Of a stretch of DNA of 64,000 nt, positions 39,835 to 52,846 are shown piece by piece (the first letter of the stretch is position 1; each line of letters starts with the position of its first letter). The stretch is from Camelus dromedarius (Eukaryota). The position numbers and the translations under genes are program-made. The notes beneath the pieces were generated by a model. That model did no database searches, was not told the DNA's origin, and saw only the letters and a program-made list of their open reading frames with translations. The DNA is taken from contig NC_087436.1 of NCBI RefSeq assembly GCF_036321535.1, positions 54,128,001 through 54,192,000 on the forward strand, read 5' to 3'.

Positions 39835-40643
39835 TTTTTTATTGATGTATATTCAGTTACAATGTGTCAATTTCTGGTGTACAGCATAATGTCCCAGTCA
39901 TGCATATATATACATATATTCATTTTCATATTCTTTTTCATTAAAGGTTATTACAAGATATTGAATATAGTTCCCTGTTCTATACAGAAGAAATCTCTTT
40001 TTAAAAAAATCTATTTTTATATATAGTGGTTATCATTTGCAAATTTCAAACTCTCAAATTTATCCCTTCCCACTCCCTTTCCCCCGGTAACCGTAAGATT
40101 GTTTACTATGTTTGTGAGTCTGTTTCTGTTTTGTAGATGAGTTTAATAGTCTCCTCTTATTCCTTTTTCTTTTCTTTTTTTTTTAGATTCCACATATGAG
40201 TAATAACATACAATTTTTTCTTTCTCTTACTTCTCTTAGAATGACAATCTCCAGGTCCATCCTTGTTGCTGCAAATGGCATTATTATATTCTTTTTTAAT
40301 GGCTGGGTAGTATTTAATTGTATAAATATACCACAACTTCTTTATCCAGTCATCTGTCGATGGACATTTAGGTTTCTTCCATGTCTTGGTTATTGTATAT
40401 AGCGCTGCTATGAATATTGGGGTGCATGTATCTTTTTGAATTAAAGTTCCCTCCAGATATATGCCCAGGAGTGGGATTGCTGGATCATATGGTAAGTCTA
40501 TTTTTAGTCTTTTGAGGAATCTCCATACTGTTTTCCATAATGGCTGCACCAAACTACATTCCCAGGAACAGTGTAGGAGAGTTCCCTTTTCTCCACAGCC
40601 TCTCCAGCATTTATTATTTGTTAACTTTTTAATGATGCCCATT
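39835..40643 (-). mobile_element. 5'-truncated young L1 (camelid type)
   Basis: Minus ORF 40157-40642 [43 protein letters not shown]; 3' UTR matches 17450-17780. Confidence 0.93.
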
Positions 40644-40649
40644 CTATCA

Positions 40650-41710
40650 GTTAGAAAATTTTGTCTATAAAAGAAACCTTAATTCAAACTGATTTAGACA
40701 ATAAATGCATTTGTTATTTACATATCAATTATTCCAGAGACAGAGTGGGCTCCAGGGTTGGTTTCTTCAGTAGCAAGAGGATCTAGGTTTGCTCCATTTT
40801 TTAATACACTTATGTCCTATGCATTATTACTAAGTAGGTTTATTCTGTGATTGTGCTGATTTAGTTTTAAGAATCCCATCGATATAATCCATTACATCCA
40901 CAGGTCAGCTCTAGTCATTAGATCCAGACATAGCAATATTCAAAGAAAGAATAGACACCTTTTGTCCTGCGGCTTTTTCATAGAAGTACATAAAATTTCC
41001 TCAGAAACATTAGTAGTCTATATCTACAGCTCTTTGTCCACTGTATTAGTTTTCTATTGCTGTCATAACAAATGATTACAAACTTAGTAGCTTATTACAA
41101 TGCTCATTTATTATCTCACAGTTCTGTAGGGCAGAAGTCCAGGCAGGCTCTACTGGGTTCTCTGTTTGGGGCTTCACAGGCTAAAGTCAAGGAGTAGGCT
41201 GGGCTTGACTTCTAGCTGGAGGGTTGGAGGAAGAATCCACTTCCAAGCTCTCTCAGGTCATTCACAAAATCCAATCCCTGTTCCCTTGTTGGCTATCAGC
41301 TGGGGGTTGATCTCAGCCCCTTGAGGCTGCCCACATTCCTCATCAAGTGGTTCCCTTGAATCCTTGAGTCTCTTTGACTTTCCTTTCTGTCACCAGCTGA
41401 AGAAACCTCTCTGCTTTTTTTTAGGGCTTGTGTGATTAGATTAGGCCTGCAGAGATAATTTCCCTATCCCAGGACCAAATGTGCCAAATAACAGAACATA
41501 ATCATGAGAGTGAAAGCTCATCACATTCATAGGTTTTAGGAATTAGGGTGGGACATCTTTGGGGGACCCTTTTAGAATTATGCCTATAATAGCCACAATT
41601 GGGTCACATGCCCTTTCCTGAAGTAATTGTTGTCAAGGGAAAGAATTATTATAATTTGCTCAGACAGTTTTCTGGGATGGAGTGGAGATGTTGGGGAATA
41701 AACCACAACG
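40650..41710 (-). mobile_element. Old MLT1J-like LTR (40650-41041, 41592-41710) interrupted by a younger MLT1E/F-like LTR (41042-41591)
   Basis: Inner element: TGTATTAGTTTTCTATTGCTGTCATAACAAATGATTACAAACTTAGT..TTAGAATTATGCCTAT; outer element resumes AATTGGGTCACATGCCC. Confidence 0.75.
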
Positions 41711-43849
41711 TACTTTATTCACATAATAATGCTTCTCTTGAGAGGTGCCAAACGGGTTCACATATCTGTCTACGATACATATTTTTTTCTTACAAAGAAT
41801 ACTATCATCTTGTTAGTACTCTGTTTTCCACCTATTGATCATAATGCATAGAATGTGCTGGTCAGCATGTCAGTTAAACATCATTTTAGGGGAAGGAAAA
41901 AAGAGACTTTTTGAAATGAAGTCTAGCATCTCAGAGCAACAGAAGATAGTCTGGTTTCCTACCCTATCATGGTAAACGATCTTAAAAACAAGACAGCTGA
42001 TTAACTTGTTAAATTCATGGATGGCAGCAGCATTATGGTTACAAATCTGGAGTTTCTTAAAGGTCTTTCTGTAAAACATGTAGTAGAATTTGGCAGGTAT
42101 ACATCTGATATTAGTTCAGCTGTCATAGGTAAGTCACTTTAGATTTGTGGGAGCAACTTTCTATAAGAAAGCACTGTCCACTTAGCATTACCATTGATGA
42201 GCTGTTTATGGACTCATCAACTTTCAAGGACCCCCAGAATTGCTTTAAGAGTTCCTCTCTAGGAATTGTCGAACTTCTTGTTCTCTCACTCCTTTAGCCC
42301 ATCTGCCACCTTGTTCTGCCTCACCTGTTGGAAGGTAAGGGCAATATGATTGTAGCATGTCATTCTGTTAATATCCAGTAGAGTTTGGGACAGTCTAGCT
42401 AACAAGTTAGATGTCATGTCCCCTACTCCCCTCTTCATATATGACCCTCCAGAAGCTGTTCCCTTTGCCCAAGATGATGACTTTCCTTTGAAGAGGAGAA
42501 GTGTTCTTTAGGCAAGAGTATCTAAGTAGGGACATTTCTTTGTTAGAATCTCTTAAGGAAAGATCTACCACAGTTGATTGCACCATCTGGCAGGAGTATT
42601 CACTGTGTGTATAATTATGCAAGACTTCTCCAAGGGCCTGAGCCAGGGTTAGGAGATTATCCAGGTGAGCTGCACCTTCTGTTTGTTTGGCTGATGTGCT
42701 GTCTCATATGTCAGGCTCAAGAAAGCTGGTAAACTTTCTGAATGATAGATAGTTCCAGGAAATGAAGTGATTGTGAAAATACTGGATAGATCTGGAAATT
42801 TTGCTGTAAATATGGTACTTTTAACAAATAAAGGGTCAACTGGATACTAAATCGGGTTCAACTTAATCATTTTCTATTGTTCCTAGATCAATATTTTTCA
42901 TTTTTAAGCATGAGGAAACTAAGGCCCTAATTGTGTATAATTAGCATAAGGTAAACATTGAAGTAAGAAAAATTCAGAATTTTGAACTTTTAGTCTGTCC
43001 AGTAGCTGATATAAGCATTCATAGTCATGGACTCACCATGCCACTGTATTGTATTGTAGAGTTTTGTTGTATGTTAGTAATTCTATAAAAATGTTCACCG
43101 TCTATATGTTTTTGATATACTTCACTATAGAGAGAGATTGGTATTTTCTTTGGGTTACTTATTCATCTAATGCTAGAATTCTGGTTACTGTGTTCCTAAA
43201 CCCTTGTTTATGGGTTTATGAACTCATAAAGCCATAAAACATGGTATCCTGGAAACATAATATTCTAAAGGACTTTTCTCTTTATTATTATATAGGTTTT
43301 CTGTTACTTAGGTGTAGCTATTTATAATGGTAAATTATTTTATTTGTGAATTATAAGAAGACAGATGACTTTATTAGCATAAATTGGTGAAATTGTGCCA
43401 TCTAGTGCCCTTTATTGAAAAAAGTTGTTTTATTTATTTATTTATTTTACTTTATTTTTCAGTTCCTGGAATTGTAAATGCTACAAATTAAAAATGAGTC
43501 TAGAAATCTATTTTTCCAACTCTAAATATTATAGATAAGAAATATAAGAACAAAAATAAAAATAAACTTAGGACACATGTTACTGGAAGAGTGTGTTCCA
43601 GGCACAGGAACAAATTCTAGCCAATCCCTAGGAATTGGTGTGGTCATTCCAAGTATTTCCTAAGATTTGCTTACTACATCTAGTACAGCATTCTCTGTGT
43701 AGTGTATGTATTAGTGGGGAGACTGAAGACCACTAGATGATGAGATTCTTTGTGGTAGTTGGTGGGAGGGAGGGAAGATCTTGAAGTTTGGGGCTTGAAG
43801 ATTCTTCCCTGCTTTATTGCCCTATCCTCAGAATTGGGGGAAGCAGAGG

Positions 43850-43908
43850 GTGTGTGTGTGTGGTGTGTGTGTGTGTGTGTGTGTCTGTGTGTGTGTGCGC
43901 TCGCGCGC
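43850..43908. repeat. Interrupted (GT)n microsatellite ending in (GC)n
   Basis: Read directly. Confidence 0.95.
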
Positions 43909-44704
43909 CTGCACGTGTTGTGATAAGAGGAGTCATAAGTTGTATTAGAATAAACGGGGAAATGGGATGGAGAAGGTAGAGAAAATGAAAGATTATATTT
44001 TAGGGTTTTGGGAGCTGAAATTTACAGGAAGCTTTGGAGTCAATTATCCAGGTTTGGGTTTGTGTGAATTTGAAATACTTTTGGAGACTTAATTTTCATA
44101 TGGTTAAAAAAAAAAAAAGGTAGGGATGGATGCAAAGAAAAGTAAATTCAGGTACCTTATAAAATGTGTAGAAATAATGACGTAATGAATATCAATTCCT
44201 TTCAACCACAAATATGTTAGGAAAAATTTCTTCAACTACCTACTTGTATATGTGAGACACAGGCATATATCACTTGTGTTAGTTATTATGCCAGTTCAAT
44301 TAAGCTAAAGATTTCTTTTATCTAGCCACCTCTTTTTAACTATTAATCATATGCCATCTTGTGACTTCTATTATTTTCTTGACACTTTTCTATTTTGAAT
44401 TGTTATTTAACTTACGTTTTTAGGTCCTGTGTCAATAACCATACCTATATCTAGAGATATATGTACCTAGGTATCTATAAAAATGTTTACATAGTTCCCA
44501 ATGTTTTGTTCATAGTAGGCAGTTAATAAATAATTGGGTTTCTTTTTTTAACCTTATATACTGGGCTTCAGTAGAATTTTCCTTTACTGAGGTGAAGACA
44601 TGCTGTCAACAAATCCTTCATATTGCAACCATGAAAAGAAAGTAAATTTCATCAAGCACATTTGGGATTTCACAGGCACTTAAGTAACTTAAGGTAATTA
44701 TTTT

Positions 44705-45080
44705 ATTTTTTATTTTTTATTGTGTTAAAAAATACATACCATAAAATTTACCATCTTAACCACTTCTAAGTGTGCAGTTCAGTAATGTTAAGTATATTCA
44801 TTGCTACTGTGCAGTGGATCTCCAGAACTTCTTCACTTGCTAAACTGAAACTCTATACACATTAAACAACTGCCCCTCCCCTCCTCCAGCCTCTGGCAAC
44901 CACCATTCTTCTTTCTGTTTCTATGAACTTGACTGCTTCGGATACCTCATATAAGCGGCTATCATATACTATTTATCTTTTTTGTGACTGGCTTATTTTA
45001 CTTAGCCTAATGTCCTCAACGATCTTCCCCTTTGTAGCATGTGACAGGATTTCTTTCCTTTTTAAGGCTGAATAATATTC
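44705..45080 (-). mobile_element. L1MA-type 3' UTR fragment with 14-bp perfect TSD
   Basis: CATAAAATTTACCATCTTAACCAC..GTGCAGTTCAGT..; AAGGTAATTATTTT at 44691-44704 and 45081-45094. Confidence 0.9.
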
Positions 45081-46754
45081 AAGGTAATTATTTTTAAAGT
45101 ACTTAGATTGTAGTCAGAAAAGTTAATCAGTGAGAACTGCTAATCAATTTAATATGGTCTGCATATATAACAGAAGTATAGAGCTACATATATTTAGTAA
45201 AACACTGTACTATGCTGAGACAGAATTCTAATGATCAAGAATCTTCTAAAACTTTAATAAGCTCCTTTGGGACCATTATGCAAGAGAACAGGTTTTTAAA
45301 AATGTCATGTAAACATGGTCTTAAATTTTTTATCAACAGTTTATAAGTGGAGCCACATGAGATTTGGATCTCAGTACTATATTTTCCATTTTTAGAATAC
45401 TGAATTTCAATGATGAGAAGTGTCAAATTAATTCACTGATTTCCAATCTTTTAAAAACACATACCATATTTCAGAAAGACTTTATTTAACCTTCATTTTA
45501 CTTTCTAAAAAGGAAAAGTAAAATGCCTTAGCATTTCATTCATACCTTTTAAAACAAAAGTTCTGCCTTTGGTATTGTTTCCCTTATTGTCACGCCAGAA
45601 AAAGCATATTACAGTAAGCTGTTACCTGGAACTACACACTCTGGGAGGACTCAGCCCAGAGTAACCCATGAGAGGGACAAGGAGAGCAATCTAAGGATGG
45701 GTTGCTGCATTTGCCTTGATCTCCAGCCCAGTTTCCACAGGGCATCAGAAGAATGAGCAGTCGCTACTGCTTCCAGGCAGATGATTTATTACCTATACTG
45801 GATTTTGCTCAAAGTTAATAATAGAAACATTTTATCTGTCCCTTCCCGAAAAACTCCTAAATGCAAACTTACTTAACCCATTTTTATAGAACTTAAATGA
45901 TTCCCTTCATGCCTCTACATTTTGTGGTAAAATCTCTCCCAACCACATCTTCCCATCTTCCCTTGTAATTGACCTCACTGGAGCACATGTGGCTCTGCCT
46001 CTAATTACTGTTTACCTCAGTTGGCAGTAGATTTTTCTCATTATAATGTTGTTTGAATCAGGTCGGGTGAGGCATATTTTCCAAAGGAGCCCAAATAGTG
46101 TATGGGTGCATGTTCCAACCTTGACTGCAAATTTTACCTGATTTAGCTCTCACCATTGTTTTTGCTTTGCCTCATTCATGGCATTAAAACAATACAAACA
46201 TTTCACAGCTCTGCCTGTATTCTTTCCCTGTTTTGTCTCTTTTAACCAAGGTTTTATATGTTAAATTTTATTAAATAATTGAGAAGCATCTCCCCCATTT
46301 TATAAACAGTTAATAAATTTGATTATTTATTCCTCCCTCACAATTCCCCTCTTCCAACACATTTTGTGCCCATTTTAATCTCTATTAATGACCTACGATG
46401 CATCCTTCCACATTTCTCCATGCTTATCCAATTGTATACCTAAGTATATATACACATGTACATTTAACATTAACAGAATTATTTTTGTAATTCCGTGGTT
46501 TTAGAAAAATGGTATGATATATATTTTCTGAATCTTGCTTTTCTCAGCAATACTTCGTGGAAATCATGCCAAGTAAATGACTTTCATTTAGTCTTTAAAA
46601 TGTCTTCATAGTATTCCATGGTGACATGATTTACTCAGTCATTCCCCTTATTAATAGGTACTTTTTTCTTTTCTTTTTTTTTTTTTTTGAGATTTTGCAC
46701 AATGCAGAATTAAATTTGTGTTTAAACATATGGATATAAGTAAATATGCATGTA

Positions 46755-46880
46755 CAGCAAGCCCTTCCTATCTGTGAATTCTGCACCCTTGAATTCAACT
46801 AACTTCAGATCAAAAATATTTGAAAAAAATTCCACAAAAGCAAAACTTGAATTTGCTGCTCACTGGCAACTATTTATATT
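46755..46880 (+). mobile_element. Tigger3-like DNA transposon end, followed by a MIR fragment (~46885-47045)
   Basis: TA|CAGCAAGCCCTTCCTATCTGTGAATTCTGCACC..ATTCAAC..AAAAGCAAAACTTGAATTTGCTG. Confidence 0.7.
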
Positions 46881-47339
46881 TATTCATTAACTGTGTGACA
46901 TTGAATAAAGAATTTAATGGCTCTAAGTCCCATCATATTGATAGAGATATTAATAGAGCCTACCTCATGCGTTATGAGAAGTGATTTAGATTATTCATGT
47001 GAAGTGCTTCACACAGTGCTAACATATAGCAGGTGCTCAATCAATGCAAGTGAAAAAACTCAAGTGGTCACTGGATAATACGGCATAATTTAAAAAACAC
47101 ATTTCATGAAATTTGTTGATTTCAGAATCATATTATGTCTGCAGTTTAGAGAAACGCAAATTTACATTCAACCCAGTACTGAACGTAAAATATACTTTGT
47201 AAGCTTCAAATCATTATATAAATAAACTTTTTACCATTTAATTTGAATGCATCTCACTTTACAATATGACCTCTAATAACACTGATGTCAGCTAAAGGAG
47301 GCTGAAGAGGGATTCAAGAAAGTGAGCTGCCCAACTGGA

Positions 47340-47500
47340 AGAAGGCGCGAGGAGCAGACAAGGAGCGAAACAGCACTTTATTGTAGTACAAGCGGGTGGC
47401 ACGCACGCGCCTCAGGTGTATGCATTTGTCCTTTTACGATGCTAGTGGCGCATGCGTATTGTTCATAATGCTGACTCAATGCTACTAGCGCATGTGTATA
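47340..47500. promoter_or_regulatory. Candidate upstream enhancer (small CpG cluster with NRF1-like and AP-1 motifs)
   Basis: GCGCATGCG 47448-47456, GCGCATGTG 47488-47496 and TGACTCA 47472-47478 in otherwise CpG-poor DNA. Confidence 0.45.
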
Positions 47501-49549
47501 TTTACTTCTTACCTATACACATGCAAGTTATTGTGAACTCTGACCTGGGTCCCACGACCTTCTCCCTTAAGACTGCTGACAACTGACAAAGTATATTCAA
47601 TTGATTATGATACGTGCCAAATGATTTGTTACCATTGCTTAATTTTTTTTTGACAAAAAGCATAACAATGGAAAACCAGTAAGTCATAGTGGGTAAAAGA
47701 AATTAGTTTCAAAACGAATTTAGTTTTATAATATTTATAACGTATTTAATGCTCCTTAGGGCAGAATTCCCTCCCCTCAAGACTCATTTTAAAGTTTATT
47801 CTACTGGGAGCCAGCATTGAGAAATGGAAAGAACCCAAATTTTATAATAAAATAAGCCTTAGTTCAATTATAGTTTCCATTTCTTACTAATATGATGGAA
47901 ATGGTTGTATAGTGTGGTTAATTAGCATTAAAACTATTTTGTAGGAATTGAGAAATGCTGAACCAAATTCTTTATTTTGTGCTCATATATAATTATAATT
48001 GTGTTAATTTTTTTTAGCAGCACATTCATTCTAAACTATTCAAGAAATATTTACCATGAGAGATAATGAAAAAGATTTACTGTTCTCATTTAAAAATATT
48101 TTCCAATTTTTAAATATTGTTTATCATTTTGGTTACTGAACCGTAAGAGAGAAATTATAGCTGGGACAGTTAGAAGAACAGCCACAGTAATCAGGGAAAT
48201 AGAGGACGGAATTTCACAATAAAAACTTTTAAAAGAAAAGCATTTTGTTAGGAATACAGAATTCTAAGAGACCAAGTGTTAACAAAATTATGAAGAGTGT
48301 GATATTTAGATAGGATCCTGCCACAAGACCCAGAAACACTGGAATCCTGCCACTGATCAACTGCTCCTCCGTGTGAGGTCCTTGAGGAAAGAACATGAAC
48401 TGAGAAGGCAGGCAAGATAAAGAAATTCTGTATTGCTAGCTGCTACATAGGTCTTATGGGTTACAAACTCTTCTTTAGAGATCTGTAAATGACCTAGAAT
48501 AGACCCTATGAAGAACTCCTTTTGTCTAAATTAGGTTAGGCTCAGTGAACAAAAATCAAATCAGACAGGAAGCAGATAAAGCCTGCTTTACCACTTCCAT
48601 TTTCAATTTCAAACCCAACTCTACCCCAGGAAAGAGCAATCTAGGTTGTTGTAGACGTGAAAAACCAGAAGGCGGATGTGAGAGCCTGCACCAGTGCCTA
48701 CAGCAAAATGGCCTGGACCTAAATTTGCTTTCTGGGGTCACCAAACACTTGAGTATCTAGTTTCTTAGGAGGAGGAGGAGGTATCCAAAGTACTGTAATA
48801 TTTTTCTTGCTTTATTCATCTTTCTTGTCATCTCTTGTTATGGATTACACATGCCTCTCTCAATTAGATATAGAATCCTTGAAGATGAAGACTTCATCTT
48901 TGTATCCCCATAACCTATCAGGGTACTGAACGTACAGTGTATACCAGTAAGTGTTTTTAAGTGAGTAAATAATTATTCAGCTAGCTATTGAGTAGGAGGA
49001 AAAGGTACTACACATATATTCTTGAGAAGCAGATAGCCTCGTATGGAGAGCATTCTAGCATGTATGTGACAATTAAGCCACAATAAATGACCCACAGAAT
49101 GGATTATCAAACTGTGTCCTCCAGAGTATAAATAAGTACACATTTGTAACAGGGAGAAATTAAAGTACCATAGCTCATTTGGGGGTTAAGATAGCATTTG
49201 TTTAAGCCATCAGGATGATTAGATTCTGGATAGAATCCTTGCTGAAGAAAGACAGCCTAAAACAACTCTGAGGTGGATTCTGACATAGACTCCTTAAGAC
49301 CTTTGCAGGAGTCTGGTTCCTTTCGCCTAAGCTTCAGAGACCCCTTGGTTTACTAGGGTGGACTGGGCTCTCCCAACATCTTCGCTTTACTTTATAACCA
49401 GATAAATGAGTCAATGTTGCCGTTGCCTGGTATCTGACAACAGAAGCAGCTTTCGGTTAGCTACATTTGCATTGCTTAGGTTGGAGAGTTTTTCGTCTCC
49501 TTTCCTCGGTTCTGTTTCTTCTCACCGCCACATCCTTTGTTTCTCTTAG

Positions 49550-50450
49550 CACGGTTTGGACTACCTACGGGATAAAGTCAGAGCTGCTTTCCTCCTGGGG
49601 GTGCGAGTGTAGCTGTAGTGGGGGGAGGGAGGGAGGCAGGTGAGTTGCGGAATCGTGTTTCCCTTCGCTTAGACTTTTCTTTCACAGTTTTTGCTAGTCT
49701 ATTCCCAGCCGCCCTGACTCAGAGGGAAAATGGATCACGGTTAAGTCAGCCCTAATACCCTCTAACGCGTTTTCTAGAGCATTTCCGACGAGTTCAGGAT
49801 CTAAAGCAATTAGCGTACTAGAAGGAGCTCCAAGGCTCGGCCCCGCCCCCTCCCTTAGGACGCCGATAGCGCGGGGCCGCGGGAGCCGGGAAGTCTCGCG
49901 GCTTGTTGCGCATGCTCCTAGGGCTCGGCCCGGGAAAAACGCTTCAAACTCTCTCCCAGAAACTTCCGGGTGGAGAGAAGTGGGCGGAGCCAGGGCCGGA
50001 AGCACAGGGGCGGGCTCCTACTCCTACTTAATCTCCTCCCTTGGGGGAGCGCTACCACTCTCAGTTGGTGAGTGGAGATTTATGTTGGTTGTGTAATCCC
50101 TGGTGTCACTCCTTTCCAGTTTTCCACGGGGCTAGAAATCGACCTGGGGGAAGTCTGACACCAATGAGCCGGTAGGGCGGTAGCCCCTACTTTAGCTCCT
50201 CCGTTTACGGAGGTTCTTCCCCGGCCCGGTCGGATTGTTGGCAGCTTCCTTTTGCCCCGCGTTTCTTCCCACCGTCCTGTTTTTAATCCCTTTGCAGCAC
50301 CCACCCCCTCCTCCATTATGTATGACCGGGCTCCGCGCTTGCTTAGATTGGCTGAGGGTGGCAGCACTGAGGATCATGTGGGTCCTGGATCCTACCAGGT
50401 ACCTTTCCTGAAGCAGCAGGCAACAGGTAAGATGTAGGGAAAGGCAAGCT
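49550..50450 (+). promoter_or_regulatory. STPG2: CpG-island promoter of STPG2
   Basis: Sharp rise in GC and CpG; GC boxes (GGCCCCGCCCC ~49839, GGGCGGAG ~49982, GGGGCGGG ~50006), ETS cores (ACTTCCGG ~49962, CCGGAAG ~49996), TGCGCATG ~49907, CCAAT 50161; directly upstream of the ATG. Confidence 0.88.
50318..50426 (+). CDS. STPG2: Sperm-tail PG-rich repeat-containing protein 2, first coding exon (109 nt, phase-1 donor)
   Basis: MYDRAPRLLRLAEGGSTEDHVGPGSYQVPFLKQQAT(G) matches the recalled STPG2 N-terminus; Kozak attATG; donor CAG|GTAAGA at 50427. Confidence 0.93.
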
Positions 50451-51349
50451 CCTGACTTTCAGCCTGCTCGGCTTCTATGTGTCTGAGTTAAAAATAGTAG
50501 TACCACTTCATAAGTATGACAAACATGAAGTAGGCAGGGAATATCCTTCCTTATTTTACAGGTACTTGGTAAAATAATTTGTCCCATTTCGCAAGGCCAG
50601 TAAGCGTATGGCAAGGCTTTTGATTCTACAGTGGTTGTCTACATCATACTTTAAATTGTACAGGTTAGATCTAGGATTTTGATTTCCTGGCCTTGTTGAC
50701 TATGAGTCTCCTGTGTACTTCTTACTGCCTTGGGTATCTTTTGTTTGTAATCTTGCCTGCCTCACACATCTTTCCTAACTAGCCAGAGAAACATTGATTT
50801 ACTAAGATACAACTATTTCTATTTTGCAATGTCGTTTAAAGATAGTCCCATGTATTTTTTCAGGTAGGTGCTTCCTATCTGACTATACCCATCTTCTCTT
50901 TGAACATACTTAATCAGAGCTCCTTTATCCCACAATCTGTAAAGAAAAACTAGACTCTTGAGAAATGGAGTGGGAATGGATAATTTAAATAATTTGTGTG
51001 CAGTTAGTGACGGGTTAACTTTTAATAAATCTAATTTGCTTTCTGCTTTTTATAATCTGATGATTTTTGTGGTTCTTAATACCATCCAAATTATAGTTTT
51101 TCCTTTGTTAGCCTGCATTTCCCCTATTCCTGCACCATATCTGTATTTTTAAATGAGTGCCAGGACCATTATTTTGTTGACATAACTGATAAGATTAGGG
51201 TATGAGATTGATTTCTTTGGGTGGAGTACAAATTTGTCATTTGTCATTGGTTTTAATCTTGAATTTTAATGTGTTTCAGCATCTGATATTGATATCAATT
51301 TTCTTGGAGCTAATTATATGTTTATTTAATGCAGCTGAGTTCTTATAAG

Positions 51350-52690
51350 CATTAACCCCTACCAGTTAGCCACCAACAACCACTCAAAATGCTTATACTT
51401 ACGATATATATACTTTGCAACCCTTATTTTATTTTGACACAACTGACCACTGTCTTTTAGGAATATTTCCCTGGTATCTGTATCATTTTTTCCTAGTTCT
51501 TTTTCTAACTATTGTCTTGGAACAGTCCCTGATACTGGTTAGGACCAAATAAATATTTGCTACTTGCTGAATTGAGGTACTATTTTTTCCCCCTCTCCAA
51601 CCAACCTTCCATAGTCTTGTTTAAAAGTTTTAATTTTTCTAAACACTTTTTAAACATTTGCGAAATACTTCCCATCCTTTTCTTGTTGCTCTTATATTTA
51701 CTTTCTCATTTAAATCCATAGCTTCAACTACTCTATATTTTGAGTCTGATGACTCCTAGAACAAAGCATTTAAAGTTACAGGTGATTCCTATCTCTAAGA
51801 TGAGGTTTCTCCTGATCCTAAGGCTTTTGCATTACCAATTACTTTTTCGGATAGCTCTACTTGGGTGATCTCTAGCACCTGAAATTCCAAGTGTCTGAAC
51901 TTAACGTTTTCCCCACCATTACTGGCCCCTTTGAAAAAATTCCCTGTCAGTCAATTATAAACTTTAAGCTTTGGAATTATTGTAGACTCCCTTTTTTTCT
52001 CTGATCACTGCCATTGATCATTAAGACCGGTTGATTCTTCTCATCTCTCCAGGTAGTCCCCTTTCTTCATTTAACTGCCCTTGACGTAGTTTGGGCTTTG
52101 TTATCTCTATTCTGAAATAAACCAATAAAATATTACTGGTTCCTCTATTTCAGTCTCTAATTCAACTTCTGTCTTACGGGTAATGTCATCTAAGATACAA
52201 TTATGCTGTTTGTTTAAAAAATTCCTTTTAACACTAAGGTTAAAATATGAACTCCTAAATATGGTGCATAAAATTCTTCATGATTTAATCCCTGATCTGG
52301 TCTCTCACTTTACTCAGTCTTTCCAGGCACCCACACTTCCGCCAACACTTAACTTACACATCAGCAATTCTAACCTTGCGTTATCTATAAATTTTGGTAT
52401 CTGCTGCTACCTTTGCTGAGCATGCTCTTTCTCCCTTTCTTTCCTGGCTAATTACTTATTCTTTGAGCTTCAGGTAAAGTGAAGTTATTCTCTAACTCCA
52501 CCCTGACTCAGGTCTTCCTTTGACTCCTTAGTGACTCAAAGCACTTTGATACTATGTTGTAATTGTCTCTTAACTTGTCTGGCTGCCACAATAATGCGTG
52601 AGATTCTTGAGAGCAATCATCATTCTCTCTACTGTGTTATTCTCAGTTTTTATCTCAATACCTTAACACATAAGAGCTTAATTTTTGAAA
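51350..52690 (+). mobile_element. LINE-2 fragments in STPG2 intron 1
   Basis: GGATAGCTCTACTTGGGTG..GCACCTGAAATTC..; TGAGATTCTTGAGAGCAA 3' motifs. Confidence 0.6.
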
Positions 52691-52815
52691 GAAAGTCATT
52701 CTTGAAATAAAGTTAAAATAAAAATAATGAGTTGCACATAGCAGAATTAAAAACTCTTATAACCTGACTTGTGTGAACTCTCCTTAGAGATCAGTAACTG
52801 GGGTGTTGCAAGGCC

Positions 52816-52846
<31 letters not shown>

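Noticed and set aside
2211..40642. ORFs 2211-2561, 9548-9802, 16759-17103, 34226-34585, 40157-40642 as host genes
   Set aside because: All are L1 ORF2 C-terminal fragments in truncated, frameshifted copies.
42200..42720. ERVL RNase H-like remnant (minus GKSSSWAK)
   Set aside because: A single short motif; surrounding frames do not extend the match.
50252..50317. N-terminal extension of STPG2 from the ORF track
   Set aside because: Starts at a TTG within the pyrimidine tract; the recognised protein begins at ATG 50318.
49694..50377. Minus-strand ORFs in the CpG island as a divergent protein gene
   Set aside because: Expected stop-poor frames in GC-rich DNA; no recognisable protein.
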